Origin: Rotaria socialis
Taxonomy: Eukaryota
Assembly (NCBI GenBank): GCA_905331295.1
Contig: CAJNYD010000062.1
Span: forward strand, 62,001-126,000
DNA length: 64,000 bases
Direction of reading: 5' to 3'
Positions 14,537 to 27,080 of this stretch are shown here, one piece after another (position 1 is the first letter of the stretch; every line of letters starts with the position of its first letter). The notes beneath the pieces were generated by a model, which was given only the letters and a program-made list of their open reading frames with translations, did not search any database and had not been told where the DNA came from. The position numbers were made by a program, and so were the translations under genes.

Positions 14537-16699
14537 GATAATGAATTAATCTAATCATTTTACTTTAGTTTTTGATTTAGATATATAATTTTAGTCATTC
14601 ATCTATGAAGTTATTTTGATGTTTATTTTATTTTACGAATAAAGATTTATTAAAGAAACTTAGATATCTATGTTAATTAGATAAATATAATAACATTTTA
14701 TCTAAATACTAAAATATCGAATATATATTTTGTTAATCATAATTAATAAGTTAAGGAAACATATCTTCAATCTTTCATAGAACGATAAAACATAATGGTT
14801 AGACAGATATAAAATGAATTCAAAGATTTGAATATGAATATTGTACTGTTAATTGATGTGAAGTTACAATTTTGGTGCTCGATTATCCAATTCAATTTGA
14901 CATAAAAAATCTCTTACATTGAATATTTTTATTTCAAATATGTTGTGTTTTTGATGAATATTAATATTTCTTTATAGAGAAAAAAAATATAAAAGACGAT
15001 ATAGAACTATTCATTGGAATTCCGTCGCTGAATGTCGTTTTCTATCAAACTATCCCATCATGTTCGTGGGATGAGACGGAATACTGGAATATAGTTTAAA
15101 AGACGTTTGTTCTTAGACAGAAAATGAATGGTCGTCTTTGTCTTCTTAGTCTCTGCTTGAGTTGAAGGATTGCAGAATTTTCTATCAAAAATTTAAATAA
15201 CTACTAGTACAATGTTTAAATTTTATGTAATCAGATTTTTTTATATTTTAAAGAACGAAGTAATCAAATAAGCTAGCTACAACTTGACTCGTCTTTCGGT
15301 TAAAGAAATTAAAAATCTAACAGCATATTTGTATGTATCTTGTTTATCAACTTGATAGATGTCAACTGATATCACAAATCATCAACCTTTATAATTCATA
15401 AAATTTTAAAATTTATTCATGATTAAACATAATTCAAAAGATAAATTCCATCTTTAGCATTGATTACCATGGAAAATTCACAGAGTTAACTGTTTAGAAA
15501 TACATATTGATATAGTTGCGAACAATAAATCAAAATGATTTATTTTCATCGCAATGTTTTGAGTAAGAAATGAATTACAATTGATGTTATTTGGTTTTAC
15601 TGTAAAATGTAATCATCATTCAATAACGAAATATACCATAGAAAGTTTTTTACTATATTTATTATAAATACTATACCCACAAACGGCACTAGATATCATT
15701 TTGTAGACCTATAGTTCAATCGTAGATTAATGTATTTGTTACAACCTGTTAGAAAATGTTCATTAAAAAATAGGAATTTATTATTTCAAGAAATGAGTTG
15801 ATAGTTGTTGTGGATAAAAGTCAAAGTTAGTCTGACCAAGAGTCATCGCAAAACGTGAATAGTTACTCACGAACAAACATAATCAACTTATAACAACGGC
15901 CGTTTGAGGCTGTTTTGCTTATTTGTATGATTCATTAAGTAGAGAAAAATTCCAAAAGCGATTTATCTTATTGCCGCTTGAGAATGTGACTGTGTGGGTT
16001 TGAGTGAATGCGTAATTGAAGAGATAAATCCAACCTTCACAACGTCATTTACACCCATATTCATACTGAAAAGCGACCATCAAAAGTCTTGAAAATATCT
16101 TGAGATCACTGAGGGTGGAATTCTCTATCGATGGATGTGAAATATCTTATATTTAGCATAGAACTCAATCATCATAAACCTTCACAAAAATCGTAAATGT
16201 CCAAAGACAGTCGATCATTTAAAAAGTTGTATATCTACCAGGGCTGTTCACTTGTTCGCACACAAAAAACGTTTTATTCAAAAGGCGAATTCGAGTTTTG
16301 TGTAGTAACAATTCTCTACCAAATCAATTTAGAATGTTGCCTTTGAACAGCCTTCGTGCTCTTAATAAACGTTAAATCAGCATGGTTCACACTTTCTTTA
16401 TATAGATTACCTGTCAAATAGCATCGAATAATTCAGTGAAACCAAGCTTTGAAACGCTGTTTTAGTTGTCTTCCTGCGTTTTGCCTAAGATAAAGTTATC
16501 AAAAGATAAAACCAACTTAAATATCCTACGCTTCAATTCATAAGAAACAGCAAAATAATATAATGATAATCACAACAAATCCATGCTGTAGTTAAACAAC
16601 GAGAAAAGCGATTGAACACAATTGTAATACGACCTTTCCGTTTCAATCCTATCATTTTCCTTCAGCAATACCATCAATATTTATATAACATTTTAGAAT

Positions 16700-17133
16700 A
16701 GTTCTTTGCCTTCCATCAGACGCCACCAGGGTTGCCACCTCTTCCGCTTTTTGCGGAAACTTTCCGCTTTTTTACCTTTTTTCCGCTGTTCCGCTTTTTC
16801 GTATAAAACGTGTTGCATATCAAACATACGTACAGAATAATATTTGATATTATTGAATCAATTCTTATTGTTTACAAATACCGTGAGCCATCATTCTTTT
16901 ATGTTTTAAAACTGATGAAATAAAAAGAAATCCAATAAATATGAAAAAATGCCTAATATTCTCAGAAGCATTACAAATCTGCAACAATATAAGCGTCCGC
17001 TTTTTTTTCCACTTTTTCTGTTTTTTTCCGCTATTTTCCGCTTTTTGGACTTCATCAGATGGCAACCCTGGACGCCACCCATATTCTTCAACCATTGGAT
17101 GTCGTTTTCTTCAATCCATTGAAGATAGAGTGA
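16700..17133 (+). mobile_element. Degenerate pogo/Tigger-like (DDE_1) transposase fragment interrupted by a MITE
   Basis: Removing the MITE and one TSD copy restores CLPSDATHILQPLDVVFFNPLKIE*. This matches the conserved LP(P/S)xxTHxLQPLDxxxFxPLK motif around the third catalytic Asp of pogo-family transposases. Confidence 0.65.
16727..17070. mobile_element. 344-bp non-autonomous hAT-type MITE
   Basis: Terminal inverted repeats CAGGGTTGCCA(c/t)CT...AGATGGCAACCCTG, an exact 8-bp target-site duplication GACGCCAC (16719-16726 and 17071-17078), and subterminal ttccgc repeats at both ends. Confidence 0.9.
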
Positions 17134-17186
17134 AACAAGTGAGTCTTGCTTTATATTGAATATTTTCTAATTTCCTCATAGAGTTC

Positions 17187-18247
17187 TTAAGGCTACCCCC
17201 CCTCCCCTCAAAAGTCGATTTTAGCCAAAGAAAGTCCAAATCGGCTGAAATTTTTAGGATATGTTAGGATTGGAGCGGGTAGCCTACGATAAAAATTTCA
17301 GTCCGAAATATGCAAGTTCAAGGAAGTTATAAAGTGAACACTGGTTAAAAATGACCCATTTTCCATCCTAGCTATTTTGCCTTCAACTATGTTTTCTCGA
17401 AAAATTTTTTTATCATTCGATAGAGCATGCAAAGATGCAGGGCATCTCGTGCTTTGATTTTAAAAAAGTACATTCTGTAAGCCAAAAAAGTTTCCACAAT
17501 TCAAAGTCCTTGAAAAAAGGCCAAAAAACTGCAAGTGAATTTTGTAGACGATCTGTTTTAGGCATAAAAAAAAGCTTTTTCAAAAATAGGAGCACGAGAT
17601 GCCCTGCGCCTTTGCATGCTCTATCGAATGGTAAAAAACAATTTTCGAAAAAACATAGTTGAAGGCAAAATAACTAGGATGGAAAATGGAAAAACATTTT
17701 TTTTAATTTTCTGCAATTTTTACGCGGTTTCTGAGGAAACTGACCGAACGTGCCCTATGTAACTTTTAATTCTGCACACACTGAACGCTTTAGTGAGTAT
17801 TAATTAACTAATTAATCGGTAATTTGAGATCAAAGAGCTACTATACTGTTGTTATTCTGAAGGGCATGGATAACCATAACTACGATCTATGCTTATCAAT
17901 CTTGCGGGTGTGGGTGTGTGGTCGTGTGAGTTTGGGTGTAGATCTGGGTCTGGATGTGGGTGTGAGTCCGAGTGTTTTCTGCTATCACCCACAGCCCATA
18001 CCCACACCCTAAAAATCCTTCAAGTTGTGAGTTTTTTCGAAAAAACTCGAAAATCATGTTTGTTTCGAAGAAAAAGTCATTTTTAACATAGAGCACATCA
18101 CAAAGAAGACCAAAAATTTCGATCAAAAAACGGTCTTTCGAAAAAAAAAACTATAGTGATTCTGAAAGAGCAGAGCATGGGCTATCACCCCATGGTGTCA
18201 TCTCAATTTTCATTTTTTTTGACGTAAATCGACCTTTTTTGAGGGGG
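17187..18247. mobile_element. Composite non-autonomous DNA transposon / foldback region, truncated by an assembly gap
   Basis: Left end ttaaggctacccccc..cccctcaaaagtcgattt is mirrored by aaatcgacctttttgaggggg just before the gap. Internal ~98-bp inverted arms at 17356-17453 and 17591-17689. A gggtgtgggt...acccacaccc palindromic block lies at about 17905-18010. Confidence 0.6.
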
Positions 18248-19046
18248 NNNNNNNNNNNNNNNNNNNNNNNNNNNNNNNNNNNNNNNNNNNNNNNNNNNNN
18301 NNNNNNNNNNNNNNNNNNNNNNNNNNNNNNNNNNNNNNNNNNNNNNNNNNNNNNNNNNNNNNNNNNNNNNNNNNNNNNNNNNNNNNNNNNNNNNNNNNNN
18401 NNNNNNNNNNNNNNNNNNNNNNNNNNNNNNNNNNNNNNNNNNNNNNNNNNNNNNNNNNNNNNNNNNNNNNNNNNNNNNNNNNNNNNNNNNNNNNNNNNNN
18501 NNNNNNNNNNNNNNNNNNNNNNNNNNNNNNNNNNNNNNNNNNNNNNNNNNNNNNNNNNNNNNNNNNNNNNNNNNNNNNNNNNNNNNNNNNNNNNNNNNNN
18601 NNNNNNNNNNNNNNNNNNNNNNNNNNNNNNNNNNNNNNNNNNNNNNNNNNNNNNNNNNNNNNNNNNNNNNNNNNNNNNNNNNNNNNNNNNNNNNNNNNNN
18701 NNNNNNNNNNNNNNNNNNNNNNNNNNNNNNNNNNNNNNNNNNNNNNNNNNNNNNNNNNNNNNNNNNNNNNNNNNNNNNNNNNNNNNNNNNNNNNNNNNNN
18801 NNNNNNNNNNNNNNNNNNNNNNNNNNNNNNNNNNNNNNNNNNNNNNNNNNNNNNNNNNNNNNNNNNNNNNNNNNNNNNNNNNNNNNNNNNNNNNNNNNNN
18901 NNNNNNNNNNNNNNNNNNNNNNNNNNNNNNNNNNNNNNNNNNNNNNNNNNNNNNNNNNNNNNNNNNNNNNNNNNNNNNNNNNNNNNNNNNNNNNNNNNNN
19001 NNNNNNNNNNNNNNNNNNNNNNNNNNNNNNNNNNNNNNNNNNNNNN

Positions 19047-19190
19047 TTGAATTCAGAATGAAATTCTGCATCGAATGATGCTAAATTTTTATGGGGTCAT
19101 TATCCTGCCAACACCCAAGTCGAAGAATTTTGGCCAATGACCCCATAAAAATTTAGCATCATTCGATGCAGAATTTCATTCTGAATTCAA
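19047..19190. repeat. Perfect inverted repeat, 55-bp arms with a 34-bp loop (centre of a foldback MITE abutting the gap)
   Basis: ttgaattcagaatgaaattctgcatcgaatgatgctaaatttttatggggtcatt (19047-19101) is the exact reverse complement of 19136-19190. Confidence 0.9.
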
Positions 19191-19417
19191 CACAACCATT
19201 TTCAGATCCAACACAGCTAAAACAGCGAATCCGGGCTAAAATTACTTTCACAAGATTTTCAGAAAAAAGTAGTATTTTCGACTAAAGTCCCACGTTTTGA
19301 TCGGTAACCCCCTCCAAAAATTACACCATTCGATTCAGCGCAAAATTCTACATCCAACACAATCATATAGGCGAATCGGGGCTGGAAAAACTCGACTCTT
19401 GTGCTAACTTCCCTAAC

Positions 19418-20061
19418 GTCATAAAAGTGTACAACTTGGATCAAAAATAGTTTTAATTTTCCATTAGAAGCTACATTTCGAGCAACAAATCCTTTTGGAT
19501 GTTTGTATTCACAGAAAAAAAATCTTTTTAACAGAAAAATTATTTTGATTTGTATTATTTTAGGGTCACAATTAGTTATTAGTGGTTATGGTTTAGATTG
19601 CTTTTGGAAATGATGTTGTTCGAGGTTATGGTACAACTTATATACCCATCAGTCCAGGACGGTAAGTTTCTTAATTTTATATTTTATTTTTCCTTATTTA
19701 AAGGCATCGTATTCGAATTCCGCTGTTTGTTCCACGTTCATCATCTCGATTTCAACAATTTTTCGCGTGGTTTTTTGGTCGCCGACCAGAATTTGTTGAT
19801 CCAAAAGTTATAGCTTTCAATGCTGCACGAGAAAGTAAAATAAATCGAATTATTAACGTTGATTCTTTAAATTATGCAGTAACGCTTTTGTTTTCGGTGA
19901 CACGAGTTCAATCTCATGGTTATGTACAAGTTGTTTTTAATGCTGTAACTAAAGATTTAGAAGAGTTAGGATATAAAATTGAAACTAAACATCCTTCTCA
20001 AACGTCACAACAACGATCAGAAAAGAATGAAACAACATATGTAGATAATTATCATGCTTAA
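19418..20061 (+). pseudogene. B9D1: B9 domain-containing protein 1 (ciliary transition zone) pseudogene, 5'-truncated
   Basis: Exon pieces read [112 protein letters not shown], collinear with B9D1. Single-base frameshifts near 19452, 19598 and 19762. The last acceptor reads ttttcgg instead of ..cag. Repeat DNA lies directly upstream. Confidence 0.85.
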
Positions 20062-21196
20062 TAATGTATTCGTTTAATAAACTATTCGTTATTTGTTTCT
20101 ATACGCGATGAAATGATTTAACGTAATCAATTCATTTTTAACTTTTTTCTAGTTGAACAATAAATAAAATTTCTGTTAGAACGATAAATATTTTTCTTAA
20201 TAATTAAACTTGAAAGTGAACTTATTTTCGTAAAACAGTTTTTCTCATAGATATCACCAATAGGATAAACAATAAAACAAAACTCGATGATATTTTTTGA
20301 AAAAATAAAATTTCAACATGTGATCAAACTTATGATGAATATCAAGTAGATCTTCAAAAAAAGATCTCGAAGTTGAACTGTCAGATTTAACGATCATCGT
20401 TATTTATGAACAAAAAAAGGCTACAAGAGAAAATCTTTCTTTTTTCATTTAGTTCCAAAAGTTGAATGAATCACTTTTTATAGTTTCTACTGTTACGTAG
20501 TATGTAAATTTTTTAGTTTTCTTCTTACAAAACTCTTCATTATCGATCCCATTGCAACCTTGAAAGTCAAAACTTTGTTTGTTCAACATTATGCAATTGT
20601 TTTTTTTCCGAAAATTTCGTTCACATTAAAATCAATAATACATCGGTCGATGCATCTTTATTTCTTTTTATTCTCAGTCAAAACACAAATCTCATTTTTT
20701 TTATTCGTACCTACGAGCAAAGATGGTCATATTTAATCATAAGGCAAATTAGTTGAGAATGAACGTACTTCAATTGGCATTCTAACGTATATGTTCTAAG
20801 ATAGAAAAGAATATTTTCATAAGAATCAAACAAACAACTATTTATTAATTAGAAACGAACACAACACTGTTTTTGAATGTCTACCTATCGGACAGTTCAA
20901 AAGTACTCGGCAATTTTGTACTTTTTTTGTTTTCATAGAATTTCAGTTAGTACTCTTCTATCTGTTATCAAAATACGTATTGAGAAAATCTCTGGAAGAT
21001 TATAGAATAATGCATGATATATACTGAAAGAATGAAAAATAGACCAAGTTATATTATTTGGAAAATTTTACTTTGAAATAACACATTTTATTTTATTTCA
21101 TTAACATTTTGAACTGTAATGTTCAATTACTGAGAATACTTTCGAGTGTATGAAAAACTCAATGTTTCAACTGTAGTCAAGAAAAAAGAACAAATA

Positions 21197-21480
21197 TACA
21201 GTGAGCACTCAAAAACGATCTAGATTTTCAAGCCTAAAAACCATTAACTGGACAGATGCTCACTGACGAACGTAAAGAAAAACGAACGAAGTTTGCTAAC
21301 CGCACCTGATTCGAATTGAAAAAATATCACTGGTAGACCGTCGGTATAATGTGAGCTATATCGCCAGTTTTTTAATGAAAGTAGTGCATCGTGTTACTTT
21401 GTATCAAAATGGTTCAATATTTTTTAAATCTGTTAAAATCGACAGAATTAGAATCATGGAGTCAGGTTTGAAAACAACGT
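21197..21480 (+). mobile_element. Possible Tc1/mariner remnant
   Basis: Begins ta-cagtg. A short degenerate frame D L D F Q A * K P L T G Q M L T D E R K E K R T K F A N resembles the Tc1 segment preceding the DDE domain. Confidence 0.35.
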
Positions 21481-23723
21481 GGAGAAACAGATAAAACATT
21501 TTTTACTTGTTATCTTACGAAAGGCAAAGGTCAACTCACACATTTTCAGTTTATAAACCAAAAATAATTATGGTTTTGTCATAATTCTTGAGTGTGTTTC
21601 GAATCATGTGCTTATTGGTCTTTACCCTTTGCTATAATATTAAAGTCAGCCAACGCCAGTACGAGCAGTATTTTGCAATACATAGATATATTCTGCTTTT
21701 TCAGTTTCTTTCTCATCGCAATCTATCTTTTATGATGATTGATGTGGAGGCCACAATCCGAATCCGTAAGTATTATAAATTATCAATCGGAAAACATTTC
21801 TCAATACTTTCCTTTTTTTTAATTAGAGTACCTACCAGCAGTTCTGTAACATTGCATACTGTGAGTGCAGGTAGTGTTGCTGCAGAACTAAAACAGATTC
21901 CTAATCGGCCAATCCGGCTTATGGTATGATCTTCTATTGAAATTACTCGATTTTTAAAAGATTTCATTCGTGTTAGACTGATCTAACACAAATGTCTCGT
22001 ACAGAAGATCCCATAATAGCATGAACTTGAAAGACATTTATTGAACAAAATGGTGTAAAATCATACATTCTCCTAGTGTGAGCATCGATGAATAGGAGAA
22101 CTGCACTCACGTTCCAAAAACCATGGCATAGCCGTCATCTCTAGGAGAACTTACAGATATAAAACAATAGAACATTATAATTCTTCTTTTTGAAGATTAA
22201 TAAAAGCCTGAGGAAAAAATACAAAAACGATTGCTTTTTTAGAAGCTCTTCCTTTAACCGACGGTTAATGGCCTAACAAATCGGTGAAATTTTACCAGTC
22301 GGTTGATTGTAGATTCTTTTTGATATGGTAGACATGAGAGATAAATACGAATTCATTTTCTTTGAGAAAAAGAGAAGAACAAAAATAAATGTAAATAAAT
22401 AATTAAAGAAACATTTATCGTTAAGACACATCTATGTCATGTTAAAACTAAGATATTATAGCCAAAGACGAAATCTTGATCGGTGAACATCAACTCGACT
22501 GTTAGGAAAACGAGTTTGAACCATTAAGCGATAAGATTCTACTTTTTCACAAGAAATTACGCCACGAATATCAAGAAAGATAAATTCTTTTAATTGGTCA
22601 ACTAATTGAGAAAGATCTTGTTCAAAAACCGATACATGATCATCTAAATAAAAATAGTTTCAGAAAGTTCGCTTTTTTTCTTCTGCAGATGCATTTGAAT
22701 TACATACTAATAGATTCAAGGGTTGATAAAGATCGCATCCATCGTGCTAGAAAAGGTCCATATAACTGTCTAGATTTATAATTTGGTCGAACTTGCAAAA
22801 ATTAGAAAAAAATAGACTAAGTATAAGAGATAAATATCGGAAATTCAAATATTTTCACTTTTTATTTCACTTAACAAAAAATGAGTGATTAGAAAAAAAT
22901 CTGTTTACCTTTGTTTGCAAGATTGTCAGAAAATACGGCATTTTTAATGTATTTTCTTAAATGAAATAGGAATGTTTGACTGGTTTTTCAGTTTTTCGCT
23001 TAACATTTCAATTATCTTTCTTATGGATTAAAACTAGAAATCAACAAGTTTGGTTCTAGATCGGATCTAAAGAGCTGTTAAAAACGATCTTTAATAAGAA
23101 CTGATCGACTTAGTTCAATAATGATCTATAACTCTTCTTGTAACTAACAACATACTGATATCTGCAACTCCTTACGATCGCGTGGCAGAGGGTACACGAA
23201 ACTCGTCAGAATCTATACAGAGAACATACTAAGAAGATTGGACTCGATCGATCATTTGTTAGAACTAAACTGTTTCTACAGTTTTTTTTAGCTCGTTTGA
23301 GCTAAGATAATGAGCTGAAGCTGATTGATCCTTAATTAAAATAATTCAACAATGAATGAACAGGTTTCTCAGAATTATATTTTACTTTTAATGCATTAAG
23401 TCTATACTGTTGTGAAACTCATTTGTGTTCTTCGATAAAGAACAAAGTTTGGTAGATATGTCTGATTGAACATAAGTGAGACTGACGGTGAACGTGACTT
23501 TTACTCTTGTCTTCCTTTTACACGCCATACCCAATCTTGAACTCTTTCTTTTACAAAGTAACTGACAACAAATGAACGCAGGACCGAATCTGAACGTTCG
23601 GGTTCGATGTATGCCTAAATTTATCTTTATTGGTTGCATATATTTTATATATTATTATGATAAATATATGAAATTATTATGAGTAAATCCGTTGGGTTTC
23701 TACCATATTGTGAAAAAATGTGG

Positions 23724-24243
23724 AAACTTCGGATTTCATTCGAGAGCTATTTGTACTGCAAAAAGTGCATGAGACATATGAGTCATTCTAGAATGTCTGA
23801 ACACCAAAATTATCATGAGAAACTAGGCACTTTGGTTTCTGGATGCAGTTTTTGTGCATTTTGAGACCGTTTTCAGGCGATGCTTCGTTAGAAAGCTACT
23901 ATTTAGTTCAAAACTAGTATCAGATTCGGAATCAGCGTTAAGAACTGAGTCGATTTATATATGTTGTGGATAATTCTGAGAAAAAAATCTTTTTTTAAAA
24001 GAGCCTTTTACTCCCCCTCAGGGATGGTCTGATCAAAAATGACAATTTTTTCGATAACTCAGCCATTTCTTGACGGATCCTTCTCATCTTCGAACTCGAC
24101 TGAGACATTGATGAGACTGAACTGTGCAGAAAATTTCATCACGATCTGACTCTCATTTCGAATTTATCGTGTAAACGGCCGACCGGTCGGCCGGACACAC
24201 TGACCGATTCTAGAGTGTACTCACTTTTTGAGTACACAAAAAG
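23724..24243 (-). mobile_element. Helentron-associated interspersed element (HINE / DINE-1-like), copy 1
   Basis: Reverse-complement homologue of 35410-35738. Terminal hairpin gtgtactca-ctttt-tgagtacac (24215-24237) next to an A-run and ccggtcggccggacacac repeats. The distal end carries a ttgtactgcaaaaa subterminal repeat plus an imperfect stem-loop (23728-23744). Confidence 0.65.
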
Positions 24244-24249
24244 GGTTTT

Positions 24250-24940
24250 TTCGATTTTGTTAGTCTAGTTAGACGTATCATCGTTGAAAACTGTCTGAGG
24301 TAACAATTAAAATCGTTAAGACAGATAGAGTACGAATATCCAGATCGTTTTTAGGAAAATCTCAATAAATGTATACATATACGCAATAATTTTCTGCAAT
24401 ACTGACCTTCTTGCTAGCAAAAATATTTATCAAGTTAAAATCTGGATCTGGTGCTATACTGTTTTGTAAAGATAACTCTTTAGAAATCGACAAAGGCCTT
24501 TTAGCCCTCAAAACCCTCGAACGGAGATACAGTAATGAATCAAAATAAGTGTGCCTTCTATTTTCCTATAACATATATGATTTTGAATTTTTGAATGGCT
24601 AGCCTAAATCAGGGGATGGATTTCTACAATATGCATTGAAAAATGAAAGTTTTCGAATTTCTGTACCTCACTTCAGAGGTCATGTAAGCAAAACGTTTTT
24701 TTGTCGATTTCGAAAGTTATCTATGTATAAACAGTAACGTATCAGGGCCTGACGTTAAACTTGATAAAACTTTTCTTAGCAAGAACGTCAGCATCGCAGA
24801 AAATTATTTTGTACATGTGTATCTTTTTGAATTGTTTCTAGAAATGATCTGGATCTCCGTACTTTATATGTCCAAAAAGATTTCAATCGTTACCTTAGAC
24901 CGTTTTAAAGAGAATACGTCTAGCTAGACTAAAACGATTT
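24250..24940. mobile_element. Old foldback/MITE with long diverged inverted arms (~240 bp each)
   Basis: ttagtctagttagacgtat...ccagatc...ataattttctgc...cttcttgctag...tttatcaagtt...gaaatcgacaaa (about 24260-24495) mirrors tttgtcgatttc...aacttgataaa...tagcaagaa...gcagaaaattat...gatctgg...atacgtctagctagactaa (about 24698-24933). Confidence 0.75.
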
Positions 24941-26417
24941 CCCGCAAAAATGGTATAAACTCGGCGGATTTATCCTTATAGAAATATTAATTAACTAATC
25001 TGGTTCCAATAAATAATATTAAGAGATCAGATCAAAGAAAAGCTTCTTCTTTCATTTAAAAACAAACTTACGAGATGTCCAATGAAAATCATCTGGTCTC
25101 CATAATTGTAATACGTGTAAATGTGGCATATAAGTACGAAGAATAGGTACAAGGTGTTTACCACTATGAATCGATTCATTTTTACCAAGATTGCAACTTG
25201 GAATACCGAATTCAGCATATCGGATAGTACTTAATGCATTTTTTCGCAATTCATCAGCGGCCTAAAAATGAATTCAATTTATGATTTTCATTTTTTTGTA
25301 AATAAGCATGCACAAAATAAACAAATGAAGTCAATTAACTTAAAATTTAACGAAAAATGAATGCTTACATATTGAGTAACATATAAAAGCCATTCGAATC
25401 TTTGCATAAAAAGATATTTGAGTTGAACAGGCATTGAAAGAAGATGAGCAAATGTTTTTGCACGTTCTTTATCTTGATCTGTTAATGTATCACAAGAAAC
25501 TAGGAAAAAAAGATCTCGCTTATATATCTTTATGATAAAAAAAATATGATTTCAAACAATACAAAAAAGGATTGATAATTTTATAGCGAAAAGATAAGGT
25601 GCAGGTTTATTTGTATTTTGCTTATACTTAGAGATAGTCACTCTCAATGAAAAGTGGCAGATTATAACCAGGTTATCGTGCAACAAAATCAAGATTTCAA
25701 TCGATTATAATTTTGATTTTATTGCACAAAAATCCAATTATAATTTGACACGTTTCTCTCGCCTATTTCCTATCCTAAATGGATTGTTATATCAAATCAA
25801 AGTTGATGTAGTTGTTTTCTGGATCCGGTGGGCTCTATACGACATGCTCTTGAAGTATCTGTTTCGATTTGTGAGATGAGAGTAAAATTGAAGATGTTTC
25901 TCTTTGCATATTACCTATAGTATCTTACAATTAATAACTTCTACGATCAGGAGCATATACACTGAAAATCTTAAGTAATTAAAAAACGTTTATACTTGTT
26001 ACTAAATTAGCTTCTTTAATATTATAATATAATCAATTGAATTATTTCTTACATTTTAATTTCACAATGAATTTTACTAACAACTATTTTGTACTAGTAA
26101 AATAATATAATTATTTATTTAACTATTGCCTTGAAAATATTTGAATTAACTGATAATAGAAATTTAAATAGTTCGAGTGAGATCATTGTAATTTTAAAAA
26201 TATATTAAATGATATTTTAGTGAGAATTAAATAATTGATGTATATTATAATATATAGAATAATAATCTTCTTGTTTTATTTTCATTTTCTGATTTATTTA
26301 CTTTATAAAATTAGAATAATTCAAAAATATACAATCCATTCAACAGGTTATGTCATAAGATAGAAGAAAAGATCAATTGTATTTTTATTTATCAATTTTC
26401 ATTACGTTTTAGAAAGG

Positions 26418-27080
26418 TTGTATAACTCACTTTAAAAATATTTTTCTCTTCTTTTATTTAATTTCATCAAATACAATATACAATTATATAGGATATTAAT
26501 ACTATTTGGATAAAATATAATTTACAATTGAATAAAATATTGAATATAATAATTATACATATTATGACTAACGTTTCGAACGTCAAACGTTCTTCTTCAG
26601 AGTTGAAATGTTCTGAAATAAGGTGGATCTTTTCATCTATTGATATTCACTTCTTCTTTCTTGCTTTCTTTTTAAAGTATAATTAACACTGGTACGGACA
26701 AATAAAAATTTAACCTATTATGTACCAGTATTCACCGTCTTGCCCGTACCAGTATTAATTATACTTCAAAAAGAAAACAACAAAGAAGAAGTGAATATCA
26801 ATAGATGAAAAGATCCTCCTTATTTCAGAACATTTCAACTCTGNAAAGATCCACCTTATTTCAGAACATTTCAACTCTGAAGAAGAACGTTTGACGTTCG
26901 AAACGTTAGTCATAATATGTATAATTATTATATTCAATATTTTATATATTTGTAAATTATATTTTATTCAATTGTATATTATATTTTATCCAAATAGTAT
27001 TAATATCTTATATAATTGTATATTATATTTGATAAAATTAAATAAAAGCAGAGAAAAATATTTTTAAAATGAGTTATCAA
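26418..27080. repeat. Near-perfect long palindrome (~280-bp arms, ~40-bp spacer) in an intron of the LRR-like pseudogene
   Basis: ataactca..aaaaatattttt...gactaacgtttcgaacgtcaaacgttcttcttcagagttgaaatgttctgaaataagg...ctggtacgg is mirrored from 26743 to 27077. The right arm has an n at 26844 flanked by a ~34-bp duplication. Confidence 0.85.

Noticed and set aside
18151..19078. Long ORFs of 306 aa and 279 aa in the ORF track (likewise 29340-29600 and 53383-53709)
   Set aside because: They are runs of X translated from N gaps.
21560..22150. Short ORFs and exon-like segments on both strands
   Set aside because: No consistent spliced frame or recognisable motif.
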